64,000 nucleotides of DNA. Source: Lingula anatina (Eukaryota > Animalia > Brachiopoda). Below the pieces are notes generated by a model, which searched no databases, was not told where the DNA came from, and worked only from the letters and a program-made list of their open reading frames with translations. A program made the translations under genes and the position numbers. The stretch spans positions 14,902,534-14,966,533 of the forward strand of contig CM120644.1 of assembly GCA_051362555.1 (NCBI GenBank). The letters run 5' to 3'. This document shows positions 42,097 to 53,718 of the stretch, one piece after another; position 1 is the stretch's first letter; each line of letters opens with the position of its first letter.

Positions 42097-42353
42097 TTTA
42101 ATCATCTTATCCATGATACTTTTACTTGCTATATAGTTGCTATTACATAACATGGCTTGGAAGTGTACCACGCGTATATATTCCTGTCTACATTTACTGA
42201 CTGCATGACAATTGTTACAGCCATGGAATATAAATGATTGATCTTAAATTTTTGTGCAGCTTTAAAAACACACCTTACCTTCGTTTTAATCATTGGTAGG
42301 AGCACGAGTAATACGAAGACAGCAAGCACGACAGACAGCAGTAGTAAGTACAT
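31754..42353 (-). CDS. CYP20A1: CYP20-family cytochrome P450, copy C; intact, 12 coding exons, 482 aa; closest paralog of copy B
   Basis: Exons: 42353-42279, 38183-38125, 37212-37043, 35344-35199, 34818-34651, 34399-34321, 33961-33785, 33443-33320, 33060-32946, 32487-32423, 32285-32129, 31867-31754. 1449 nt in frame. Motifs: GGFHTI, ETLR, FDPDRF, FGFAGNRKCPG. Introns align to those of copy B apart from transposon insertions. Confidence 0.93.
33448..33509. repeat. (AT)31 microsatellite next to the exon-8 splice acceptor of copy C
   Basis: Read directly. Similar (AT)n tracts occur at about 6402-6467, 7907-7969, 22587-22645 and 44886-44938. Confidence 0.9.
35405..36915 (+). mobile_element. Decayed Tc1/mariner (Tc1-like) transposon in copy C intron 3
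   Basis: Imperfect TIRs cacacgtgacgtttaatatggaatatt / aatattccatattaaatgtccagtctgtg. Transposase relics include YQGTG.T.D..RSG.P..TT, IGAKTPMVVIDENL and HRALLIADYLQNQGDEQLPWSSKSPYLIHIDNMW (degenerate WPxxSPDLNPIE). Absent from copy B intron 3. Confidence 0.85.
37744..37989. mobile_element. MITE in copy C intron 2
   Basis: Termini agacc.ttccca / tgggaacgcagtct with an apparent TTG duplication. The empty site cttctttgactct is present in copy B at about 25808. Confidence 0.75.
38347..39791. mobile_element. Foldback-like insertion with a partial internal duplication in copy C intron 1
   Basis: About 38348-38590 is an inverted copy of about 38788-39059. About 38620-38950 recurs in direct orientation at about 39475-39791. 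The block is absent from copy B intron 1. Confidence 0.75.
40402..41300 (+). mobile_element. Helentron-associated non-autonomous element (HINE/DINE-1-like)
   Basis: 5' subTIR aggattcccc (duplicated near 40406 and 40459) with an adjacent inverted repeat and (CTT)n tract; 3' subTIR ggggaatcct at 41258-41267; hairpin actggct-ta-agccagt; ctagtt end; internal gaccttgacc repeats. Confidence 0.7.
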
Positions 42354-43735
42354 CTTCACTATTTTTAAACTTTTGTTTGGCAGCGTGCTGAGTCACCTTG
42401 GAATACACCTGCAATGTGGTAAGGTACGTGACATAATAGTCGTACAATGTAAACTAAGCCACGAAAGTCATGAGCATAAAATTTTTAGTAAGAGCCAGTT
42501 AATCTAGACACATAAACTAATCCTGTGAAATATGATAACAATTAACTTAACAAATATAGAGCCACATCGTGAATCAAGATAAAATGGTCAAATGTTCACT
42601 ATTAAAGAACAAAATGTACAAAGAAAAAAGAACCATGGGCGTTGCTTCGGAAGCCTGTATCGTAAGGTTTTTTCATAGAATCTCAATTAACAAATTCTTG
42701 GCAGGGAAATATATCTTTCTAGCGAGAATCCAATCAGATTTGCAACTAATTACTGTCTTAAACAAAGAAGATATTAAATAAATGAAAATAAATATGAATA
42801 AATAAATGAATAAAGCGAAACGTGCAAATAGAGTTGTAACAAATGTCTCTTCAAAGATAAACATATGTACTTGTTTAAGATGTTAAAATAGACACGGTGA
42901 CAAATTTGGATACCAAAAGTGGTGCAAAACGCGTGTGAGTAATCTAATTTTTAGATAAAAAAAATCAAAAAGAAAAACGATTATACATAAGTAATCTCCA
43001 CTGTTAATTTGGTTTCCAAATATTTATGAACAAGTCAAATGAAGTGCGTTTTGTCTAATGCACTACCCTGTGCAGGATATTAAAAAATATAAACAACACA
43101 CGCTGTCATCATTCACTTCACTTTTTCTACTCACGGTTAAAACGTCTGTCGCTGAGTGCCTTGATGTACTTGAAAGTCACCGACAGATGATACGTGCAAC
43201 AACGTAAAATGTCTTAAACAACTGATAGCTATTAAACTGCAGAACAGTCGGTCGATTACATAATTTCTCATTGCTAATTAATCTCTGGCAATTAAGTGCG
43301 ATTCTCTGTGTCCTGTCTTCATTGTACCATACCACAGGTTTGACATTTGCCAAATATCCGGGCCCTTTTTAGCCATGAAGTGGAATGTAGGTCATTAATA
43401 TCTACTGGTAGATCAGTCGGCACAGACCTGCAATTCAGGTCAGACCTGTGAACTTCTGTAGTTGTTAAACTGCATTTATAGACCGTTATCTGAAACCTGG
43501 GAGATGTTGTTTAGCTCCCACATCAGGTGGCTAGAAGGTCGATTCATAACTAATATAATGGAGTATTTTGCCACCGGAATCCGCGGAGTTCCTTCCACGA
43601 AAACTGCACAAGAAAACGGTGTTCAGTTTCAAACACTCGCACTAAGTAAAACATGGCGGTGCTTAGGACGCATTGTTGAATCATAGGACGCAATGGCATG
43701 AAGCAAGCTGACCTAATTCCACCCATTGCATAATC

Positions 43736-44883
43736 TGGGTCACTAGTCTCACGTTTTCCTACGATAGTAAGTCCAACGTTCATCGCATAAAAATCACCGA
43801 TGGGATGACAGTGGACGTTCTATTTAAAATGATTCTTTTAGGAGCATGTGCTTATAAATGATTTAATATATATAATAAGATAAAACAGACGCTTTGTTGA
43901 AAAGATTTTATTATAAAATAAAAATATGGGAAAGGGACTAAAACAATGGGGCAATAATTCTATGTATACTGAAGCTTTATTCTAATATTTTCATCCTAAA
44001 TTCATTCCAGTTAAATAAGTAAACCACATAAAAGATTCAATTAGGACGAACATATGTGTATTTGGGAGTTTATCTTTATGTTACATGTTCATATACAGAA
44101 AAGAGAATATATTACAAGTACTGCATGGGAGTTCCATTCATATTTAAATCTCATTGTAAAAAGTCACAGCAAAATGCCTTATTCTAAGCATTATACATGT
44201 TGATGTTGATTTTTATAAGTGTTTTAAATTCAGGACTGTCTCTTGTAATCGCAAAGACTTTCTTTTTCGTCAACGACTGTCGCCCTTGGCTTGGCAGTGA
44301 CACATTTAGCTGCTCTCTTTGAATCATTATGCTTTTAGAATTGTGGGTAGTTCCAGCCCCTGGAGTGAGAGTTTCTTCCTTAAAGTCAATATTGTCCCAG
44401 AATTGTAACAGAATTGTGGGAAATCCTCTGATGAAACCTGCTGGTATATCATTGGAGGATAGCAACTGAAGTCAGGCAATACTGGCCTCTAGGCCTACAG
44501 TGGTTAAATATATGATGCTGCTATTTTTCAATAATGTGAGCAGTTGGGAAGACCCAGTCAAGTGTCTTGTTGTCAGAGATAGAGCCAGTTACTTCTGGGT
44601 ACTTTTCCTCCTATTAAATGCTAAATATACAATATCTTGACAGATTGACAGTAGCTTGGTGTGAGTTTCCTCTGGCAAAGAGAGATTATCAAAAGCGGAA
44701 ATGGCCAAAGAAAGAAGATAATACAGCTCATTTGCGACAACTTCTTTGGCTGCTACATTGGTAAATTCACTGGAACAATATGTTGATTACCTAATAGTAA
44801 AAGACTTGATAACACTTAATAAATAATACAAAGCTTTATGATCTCACTCACTCCTCTTTCACAAACAAACACTCAGTCATTTG

Positions 44884-44941
<58 letters not shown>

Positions 44942-46216
44942 AATTTTTGTGCATGATTCACCTGAGCCATGAAATTTTTAGGGAATCAATATAGTTTCTA
45001 ATATCGGGGACTTTTATACCTCCATTTGAGCACGATTGTGTCATTATATCTCGTTTTACTCTTTCAATTTTTCCATTCCATAAGAAATTAAAGCACATTT
45101 TTTGTATTTTGTCTACATATTTATTTGGTATTGGTAATGTGGAAAATAAATGAGTCATTTTTGGAAGGATCAGTGATTTAACATTTCTCCCCAAAACTGT
45201 TAGCGATAATTCTTTCCATATCTTCTTACACAATTCCTTCTAGCTCTTTTGTTTGTTTTTTTTTTGTCTCTATCATGAAGCTTTTCTTTCAAGTTTTCAT
45301 TTTCAAGCAAAAGCGAGTCAACCTTAATTCTGCTGTCTTGGTCAAGTTGCCTTTGAGCAAAAGAACAGAAATGAAAAAAATATTTGCCTCAATATTGTAC
45401 CGCATTTAAATTAAAAATCCATTGGCATATAGTAACAATTATAATTCAAAATACTTTTTGTACAACATTTCTTTAACTACTCCATAAAATATTTAGAAAG
45501 CCAATATAATATACCTGGTTTAAAAATCTAAACTGAATTGTCACTTACATGAGATTTTCACATTAAAATGTTTTCAATGTGAAATATTAGAATTCAATTT
45601 TGATTTGTGCTATCACAATGAAAATATATTTTCTAAAAATGTATCAAAACTCACAAAGTCACCAAAATAAATAAGCATCATGTAATATTATCATGACCAT
45701 AAATAATACATATGCAGGGATTACGGTTTCATTTTCCTTTATGTTGTATATACCTTCAGTTACAGTACATCAGCTTCCTTCAGCTTATCTCTCTCTCTCT
45801 ATGATTTTCACTGTTATCCACTTGTCCTTTTTCTTGCATATAACACACATATCAGGCAAATGATGTCTCGAACCAGTAAAAGCTGGAGATGAAGAGCGTA
45901 TTTTTTTTTCTTTTTAGTAAGAGGTTTTGTTGCTTCCTCCTCTATGCAAAGTTTCTCCACATTTGTTCATGTTTCTACCTGACTGTAAAATTTAATCTGT
46001 TTCTAGTACAGGGATTTTTGTGTCACATATTCACACACACAAACACGCGTATTACGTGTAATATTCTAAAAATCATTATCGCACCTAGTAGTTAGGAAGC
46101 CTTGTATATATATATATATATGAGTAAAAACCTTACCCTCTCTTTCTGTCTTTTCGCTTGCTGGACATGTATTTATCTGTATAATATTCGTAGTAAAACG
46201 TGAGACTAGTGACCCA
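43736..46216 (-). mobile_element. TIR-bounded DNA transposon relic containing a decayed transposase (Academ-like motifs) and a nested LINE fragment
   Basis: TIR tgggtcactagtctcacgtttt(c/a)ctacga at 43736-43763 and 46189-46216. Coding relic at about 44770-44260: KLLSICQDIVYLAFNRRKSTQK..LALSLTTRHLTGSSQLLTLL and WDNIDFKEETLTPGAGTTHNSKSIMIQ. Confidence 0.65.
44958..45240 (-). mobile_element. L1/Tx1-clade retrotransposon ORF2 fragment
   Basis: WKELSLTVLGR..KSLILPKMTHLF...NFLWNGKIERVKRDIM..SCSNGGIKVPD..Y..SLKISW matches the post-RT motifs typical of Tx1/L1 elements. Confidence 0.8.
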
Positions 46217-48116
46217 TGATAAGGAATAAATAAATAAACTGATATAATTACTACATGATTTTTGATAAATATATGCATGATCAAAGGATGCGCCACAGGA
46301 TATTATGATTATTTCTGGTTACTATGCATTATTTAGGTTAGTATAAAAAGAACAACATTAGGATAGTATCATCCCTATCAAATTATATAGATAGACGGTT
46401 CTTACATAAAATCAAATCCATATCGATTGACATTAAATCTTTTATGATCTACACATTGCGGGTTGTATGACGATGGAGTAAATTAACAATCTTTGACAAG
46501 GAAATAGAACAATATGAATAAACTAAATGTACTTGTGTTGGGATAAAGTCAATTTTGAAATGAAAAAGAAGGCTGCTTCCCAGATTTGTACTCCAGTACT
46601 CTTGTACTTAACATAATACATTTTAATAACGTCACTCTGACAAATGTCGGTTGAAGTTTTATTTTAAATAAATTTAATTCCATCTATTTAACTGAATTAT
46701 TGGAGGTTCTCTCAGTCAGTGTTATCCAGGCTTCGTCTACAGGGGTTGTAACTAGTCCATACTTGGCCTTGACCTTCTGACCTTTGACCTCATGAACCTA
46801 CAAACGCGACAAAACAGATGAGTTGAATAAATTACAATAATATATAAATACATGTATATCATATATGTGTGGTTTCCAATTAGTTAATTGTACTATGTGA
46901 CAACACAACTGAACTTAGTTCCTTTCATATTGATAAACCGACACACCATCTCCTTGTAGGGTTTGTCTGAAAAAGCAAATTTATCATTTATTTTTTGGTT
47001 CTTTACAGCGTATTTTAAGCATACCTGAAACCTCAGCAGAATGTTCGCCAGTGCCGTAGCTACTTCTGCGTAAGCGAAACGGTGCCCAGGACATACCTCT
47101 TGCCGGCAAAACCAAACGGTTGAAAGGAGTAGGGGTGCCGCTCTGACACTTTCTCCGGGCTGAAACGATCTGGATCAAACCTGGGAGAATACGTTAATTC
47201 TAATTTATACTCTAAATCAGAATCTTTATAATACTGTATTAATAAGTGGAAAATGTCCCTCTAGCTGGTGCAATGCCATTCTGTACCCATTGTTCAAAAA
47301 AGGAAATGTAAATGTGGCAACAAATTATAGAGGAATTGCGCTTTTGAATGTCATGGGAAAAATATTTATGAAAATTTTGAGAAACAGATTTAATAATTGG
47401 GCAGTGGAAAATAATACAACGATTGAAGCTCAGGCTGCCTATAAAATTGGTTACTCCACTGTCGATCACATTTTTACATTGCAGGGTTGCGTACAAAAAT
47501 ACTTAAGTTGAAGAAAAGGTAGATGCTACTGTATTTTTATAGATTTCTCAGCCGCTTTCGATAGTGTTCAACACAAATTATTATGGTATGTACTTGCAAA
47601 AAAAACGTGTAAATGGACATGTCGTCACAGTTTTACGCTCTATGTATTCCCAACTGCAATCATGTGTTCTAAAAAATTTAGGCCTTACTGAGTATTTTAA
47701 ATGTAACATGGGCACTCGACAAGGATGCATGTTAAGTCCTTTTCTATTTACATTATTCATAAATGAATTTTATCATAGTTTGAACAAGGCTGGATGTCAG
47801 GGTATTTACATAAATGAGGTGTTTCCAAATCTCATGTCTTTGCTTTATGCTGATGACATTGTATGCATTTCAGACATTGTTGGGGGGTTACAGAAACAAA
47901 TTCATCAATTAGAAAAATATTGCAGTCAGTATGGTATGCTAGTAAATGTCCAAAAGACAAAAATAGTAGTATTTAGGAGAGGTGGTAAAATAAAGAAAAA
48001 TGAAAGGTAGTTTTTCAAGGGCAAAAAATTAGAAGCAGTACCTGCATATAAATACTTAGGAACATATTTTGGTGCCTTCCTCGGTTGGGGTAAAACTACC
48101 CAACATCAAATCAACC

Positions 48117-48893
48117 TACCCTAGGTTCTAGATTCCGGTATTGCCAGCTCGATCTTTATTTCATATATAACCCATATCAACAACACCGGCTCTAGTGACC
48201 AGCGGCCACGTTATACTTCCATCAATCAAGTAGAACTGCTCCGCAGTGAATCTGCAGTTGAATGTCATCAGACCAAAATGAAACGTAAAACAGACTTAAT
48301 TCTGCTTTATTTAATTTTATTTGCTGTATTTAAGATGTAAAGTGAAAAAATAAATAATATTCTTCGAACAGAAAAGATATATCCAATGTTTTTGTATTTT
48401 TGCTTATCAAAGAACATTAAGTCCTGAGATGTACACGTGCGCAATACACGTGTTTGCCGTGTGCCAAATTTGACAGCTACACTGTATGCCCGATACCGCT
48501 ATAAGGGCTGTGCAATGGCTACACCAAAATCAGTTTTTATAGCAGAATGTTGCTTCTATTGTGGCACTGACCTTCGACTGCAAGATATTTTCAATTCAAA
48601 CTTCGTCAGGCACTTTGCTTCTTGTCTCGTCTGCACGAGATAACTTCAGCGCGAGGCGGGAAAGGCAGCTCCAGGCGGCCAAACCTGTGACGTACGAGAC
48701 TTATGACTTCCAAATATGGATCCAGGCGGACACAGCTGTGACGTGTGACTTCCAAATATGGAAGCGCCCCAGGCAAAATTTTGAAGAAGAACGCCCTCAG
48801 ATTGTCGCTGTTCGTCAGAGCTAGTAAAAGCGACTCCATCACAAGGTATATATTTAACAAGCTAGCTTTTACGTTGCTCTGACACTCAGGGTA
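48117..48893. mobile_element. Non-autonomous DNA transposon with an 8-bp target duplication, nested in the LINE ORF
   Basis: Termini TACCCT...AGGGTA; target duplication aatcaacc at 48109-48116 and 48894-48901. Excision restores the LINE frame GKTTQHQINQANKALFVIK. Confidence 0.8.
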
Positions 48894-49847
48894 AATCAAC
48901 CAAGCCAATAAAGCATTATTTGTTATTAAGTTATATTTGAAACAAGCATGTATTTCCTTTAAGGAAGCTTTCTTTCTTTTTGATATAATGATAACACCCA
49001 TTCTTTTCTATGGTGCTGAGATATGGGGTCATAAACCAGTAGAAAGTATTGAAATCTTCCAAGAAAATTTTGTAGATATTTATTAGGTGTTAGTTCAAAT
49101 ACTGTGACGGAAGCTATACTAGGCGAATGCGGAAGATATCCATCGTATACCAATTATATGGTAAATAGCATTAAATTTGGTTAAAGCTTGTACATATGAA
49201 TGAATATCGCTATCCTGCTCATGTATATGATATGCTATTTAAATTAGATTCAAGTGGAAGGCACACTTGGGCCACAGATGTTAAAACACTGTTATACAGA
49301 TATGGATTTGGATATGTCTGGGAGGCTCAGGGTGTGGGAAATTCCGTTTTATTTATTAAAGTTTTCAGAGAAAGATTAGTAGATAATGCTGGCCAAATAT
49401 GGCACAGTAATATATGTAGGATCAGCAAACTGGATACTTAATCATTATTTAAGAGTACGTTAACACTTGAGTGTTACTTATTAAGCGTTAAAAATGTAAA
49501 ACAGAACCTCACTAGCAAGATTCAGATGTGCAAATCACCTACTAAATATTTAGAGCGGTAGATGGAAAGGTATAGAAAGATGCAATAGACTCTGTTTAAT
49601 CTGTAAAAAACATAATATTTATGATGTTGAAGACGAATACCATTTTTTAATGACATGTGTAGCATATACAGAATTAAGAGAAAAATATCTGCCAGTGAAT
49701 AACCCTACTAAAGAAAGTTTTTTAAGATTAATGACAACAAAAAACACAAAATTAATATCTAGTTTAGCTGCTTATATATTTAATGCTTTTTTATTAAAAA
49801 AAGAAATTTTAGATCACTGACAAAAACAAAATTAATAATCCTTAATA

Positions 49848-51778
49848 GGGGAGAGCGGGGTGGGTTGGAACGCGGGTAAGTTGGAACATTGGCTTTATTT
49901 CTTAAACCACAAGACCGATCATGTGCTCCTTCAGCATAAAAATGTCACGTGGCATGGTCATTCACCCGGTAAACTTGTGGAAGTTTTGAAAATGCAGTAA
50001 AAGTTTTATGCGAAAAAAACTTATTTTTGCTACTCGAAGTAAGTTTTCATATTTTTGACATTCATCGTGCTGTAAACTAAAGTATAAGGATTATATCACT
50101 GAAATTGTGCATAGCGTTTAGGACCACCTTGATGTTCAAAAAGCTGTCGTTTTTTTTAAACACTTCCCACGTGTTTAAGAAATACAGTGTCATAAGTAGG
50201 CCATGACGTCATGGGGGCTGGTCGGAACATTTGACATGGGGCCAGTTGGAACACTGTCAGGGGTGTTCCAACCCACCCCGCACGGTGTTTTTCATTTTTT
50301 TAAACCTCTCTAAATATTTTAATTTCAACTCTGAAGAGAGTAGTAACGTAGTAACCCAGTACAACTCCAACTGGAGACGGAATCTAGCTGATAGAACATC
50401 TCCATGATGCCGGAATGTACATGCGTTTAGAAGATACAAGGGGGGATGGTCACTGCTTGTTAAATGCAGTTGCTAGCTGTTTGGTCGAATAGGGGTCTGC
50501 ATGCCCACTGTTGCTTTTTGCGATAAATTGCTTTTAAATGTGGAAGGAAATGTCGATTATCACTCTGCTTTTCGCGGCAAAATGAAAATATTCTAGCTGA
50601 GAGCCTATGTTATGGATAAACTATACAACACCAATTCTGCCGATATTGTTTTAAATGCTTTGTGTAATGGATTGGGGGTTGCTGTCAATGTTTAGTGAAC
50701 GAGGGTACAAAATCCGCCAGAAAAGACAAACATTCACCTCGTAACTTAGGCAAAGATTCAGTTGAAATCTCAGTTGCCCTCACCGGAAGAGGTGCTACAA
50801 CACACTAAAGCGCACTTAAGAAAACCCCAAAACAGCTCAAGTCCAGAGGCTCACCGTCGCAGTCCAAAGATTAAAAGAAGAAAACTATGCAGTGCAGTTC
50901 TAACTGACACACCTGAAAATGAGCTACTCGAAAAAGAAAAGGCCAAGCCCAACAAAATTAAAAAGGACAAGCGCAACAAAAATAAAAAACAGTTAAAGAT
51001 TTCTAGTCGATAGAGAAAATCAAGAAAAAGGAAATTAAAGATGACCAGCGATTCTGTGTCAGAAGAAGAGTGGCCATGTCTGGTTTGTGGGGAGCCGTTC
51101 ATTAACAGCCGACCAAAAGAGAAATGGGTTAAATGCATTGTTTGTCTAAAGTGGTCACATGAAGACTGTAAGGGTGACCGAGTGTACATATGTCAGAACT
51201 GCGATTTTGATTCTGAGTTGTTGAGTTGAAAGAGATACAGTTTTCATTTGTAGGTCTAACATACTGTTGTTAATAGGTTGAGATATATGAGTTCAATTTC
51301 TTTTCTCTTAAACTACACCACTTTTGTTATCATTATGAAATGAAGTGTAACTGGATATGGTTTATACATCGAAAAGACTATTTGAAAGCAAATTGTAAAC
51401 GTAAAAAATGCTCACAAACTATGGAGATACGAATACAAAGTAACACTTACTTGTTGGGAAATTAATATAGATAATCCTACTCTTAAAATGAATTATACTT
51501 TGAATTTATATGCAAGCGTTCCAACTCGCCCTCTTGTTCCAACTCACCCCACTGCCTGTTCCAACTGACCCCGCGGGTGGGGTGAGATGGAACGTTTTAG
51601 GAGGCAACTTTGAGCATTTATAACTCTAAAATAAAAAGACCTACTTGATGTTTTATTTCATAGATGAGTGCGGCATATAATTTTCCCCTATCATATTTTT
51701 TATTTTTGTCCCCAAAGCTTTGACTGCTGAGATATCGCAAAAAACGTGAAAACTGTTCCAACCAACCCCGCTCTCCCC
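49848..51778 (+). mobile_element. TA-target DNA transposon (IS630-Tc1-mariner/pogo-like, internally deleted) carrying OTU-like and PHD-finger coding relics
   Basis: TIR ggggagagcggggt(g/t)ggttggaac / gttccaaccaaccccgctctcccc; TA at 49846-49847 and 51779-51780; subterminal gttggaac repeats. ORF 51041-51229 reads CLVCGE..WVKCIVCLKWSHEDC..YICQNCD (C4HC3). Confidence 0.88.
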
Positions 51779-51797
51779 TACTTCTCACGGACTTTAC

Positions 51798-51830
<33 letters not shown>

Positions 51831-53502
51831 CATTATTATTATGTACCATGGGCCGGAGGCCTTGAAAAACTGAATAAATTATACTATAAGTATATCTAAA
51901 TCAGAAAAGGCCAGACCTGATGTCTCAAAGTGGAGCTTCGATAAGTGGAACTTCGATAACTCAATCGCTTTAAATGTAATTTGAAAAGTGAACGACAGTT
52001 ATGAATTCTGACTCTGACAAATTTAATATCTAGATGGAGCTCATCGATATGTCGGTATTCTCTTAATTTCATCATACTAGTTTAAACTAGTCTTCGCCTT
52101 GTTCCAAAATAAACGCACGACATATCATATGTTTCCATATAAATTGTTATTCTAAAATTACTTACTTCTTGGGATTTGGCCACCAAACTGGATCATTTAG
52201 TACTACACCCAACGCATGGATAATGGGAGTCTAGAAATTTAATTAACAATTTGTCACGAAGTATTTTATATATTATTGCTATAAATCAGACGTTATTTTA
52301 TAAACAATATACACTCGAACCGCAGTAACAGTAAACGGATTTCATAGAAGTCCATCCTTTCTTATTAACCAAATTAGATTGAATTAGGAGCTCTAAGAAA
52401 TAACAAGGAAATACAATTAAAAATGATAAACATAAGCATAAAAATAGAATAAAATAAGATTAGAATAAATAAAGAAAAAAGAAAAACGGGACCGAACAAG
52501 CTGCTCTGAAGTTAAAGTTGTTATCTCCGGTGCCAGTGTGAACATGCGACCAGCACTTAAAGACAGTCAATACAGCCATGAATACCAAAAAAAAAAAAAA
52601 AAAAAAAAAAAAATTAAAATGTAAACATTCCCACGGTGGCCCGTGGACATTTACAAAGTCGACAAAAGTCGGAAAATCGTATTCTTTCATACATGTATGG
52701 CAAATATGATTGAGACTTCACATATTTTATGAAGAATCACCATCTATGTCATGTAAACAGACAAACAAAATGGCGTTTGCTATTCATATTTCCATGCATA
52801 ATGACGTCTCTCACTTACTCCAGTTGGTATGACGTAACCTCCCAGTGTGACGTCTTTTTCATCGTCATAGCGGCCAGCATAAGGTGAAACCACCGCCACG
52901 CGCAGCGTTTCGTCCATTACCTGACGGGTGTACCTGGTACGTGAATTAACAGATGAAATATGAAGTCTCAGTTGTGGAATTTTCTTTTACGGTTTAATAC
53001 TTGTGTAAGGTAAAGTAACGATGCAGAATGTGCTTCTTTCAGAGTAAGTGCAAAGGTAAGGATTAGTTCGAAATGAGAAAAACAGGTCTTCTTAAAATAA
53101 AACAATTGCAAAATATACTAAAATAATTAATGAAATAATAAAATAACTAAAGAAATAAATAGATAAATAAATATATAAATGGTTGGATGCGTAAAGTGGC
53201 CATATACATAACTAGAAATTATTACACATTGTTACCACATTTACAAACAGTAACAAGACCAGCACCAAGTAAGTGAATTTTATACAAGCACTTACACCAA
53301 CTTTGCAATGTTAACCGGTGTAACCTTGCCTGTGTCACCCAGTACGGCTTTTACTTCTTGGTACATTTTCTCCTGAACGACAGGATATACAGAGATGAAG
53401 TGGAGGGCCCACACTAACACTGAAACGTTATAAACAGTTTAGTTTTCAGTTGGTCGCATGGGTTTGGTGATTAAGGCAATACTATCGTTTGGAATTCTCT
53501 AA

Positions 53503-53718
53503 AGCCCCCTTTACACTGGACGGCGTCCTTTCTCTGTCATGTAGTACGGTCTCGTTTGAGAGTAAAAATAATTATTTACCTGTCGACAACTGGCCGATCA
53601 TTGAGCATTCATTTTGCAACCAAAGCGATGCTTGTGGCTCCATTCTACGACCACAGGGATACCATTTCATGGTGGCACAAAAGACGCAGAAAGAACGCCG
53701 TTCAGTGTAAAGGAGGTT
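53503..53718. mobile_element. Tourist/Harbinger-like MITE in copy D intron 7
   Basis: TIR agccccctttacactggacggcgt / acgccgttcagtgtaaaggaggtt, with TAA on both sides. Confidence 0.75.

Larger units (their letters stand above)
47223..51894 (+). mobile_element. 5'-truncated CR1/L2-group LINE in copy D intron 10, hosting two nested DNA transposons
   Basis: RT motifs NYRGIALL, DFSAAFDSV, GTRQGCMLSPFLF, LLYADD, YKYLG and C-terminal CLIC..VEDEYHFLM.C. The 3' end reads ggccggaggcc..aataaa. A 12-bp target duplication tctaaatcagaa lies at 47211-47222 and 51895-51906. Several stops and frameshifts. Confidence 0.92.

Noticed and set aside
21251-42353. Copies B and C as uncollapsed alleles (assembly artefact)
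   Set aside because: They have many amino-acid differences, a codon indel in exon 7, diverged introns and different transposon content. This fits true paralogs better, although read depth was not checked.
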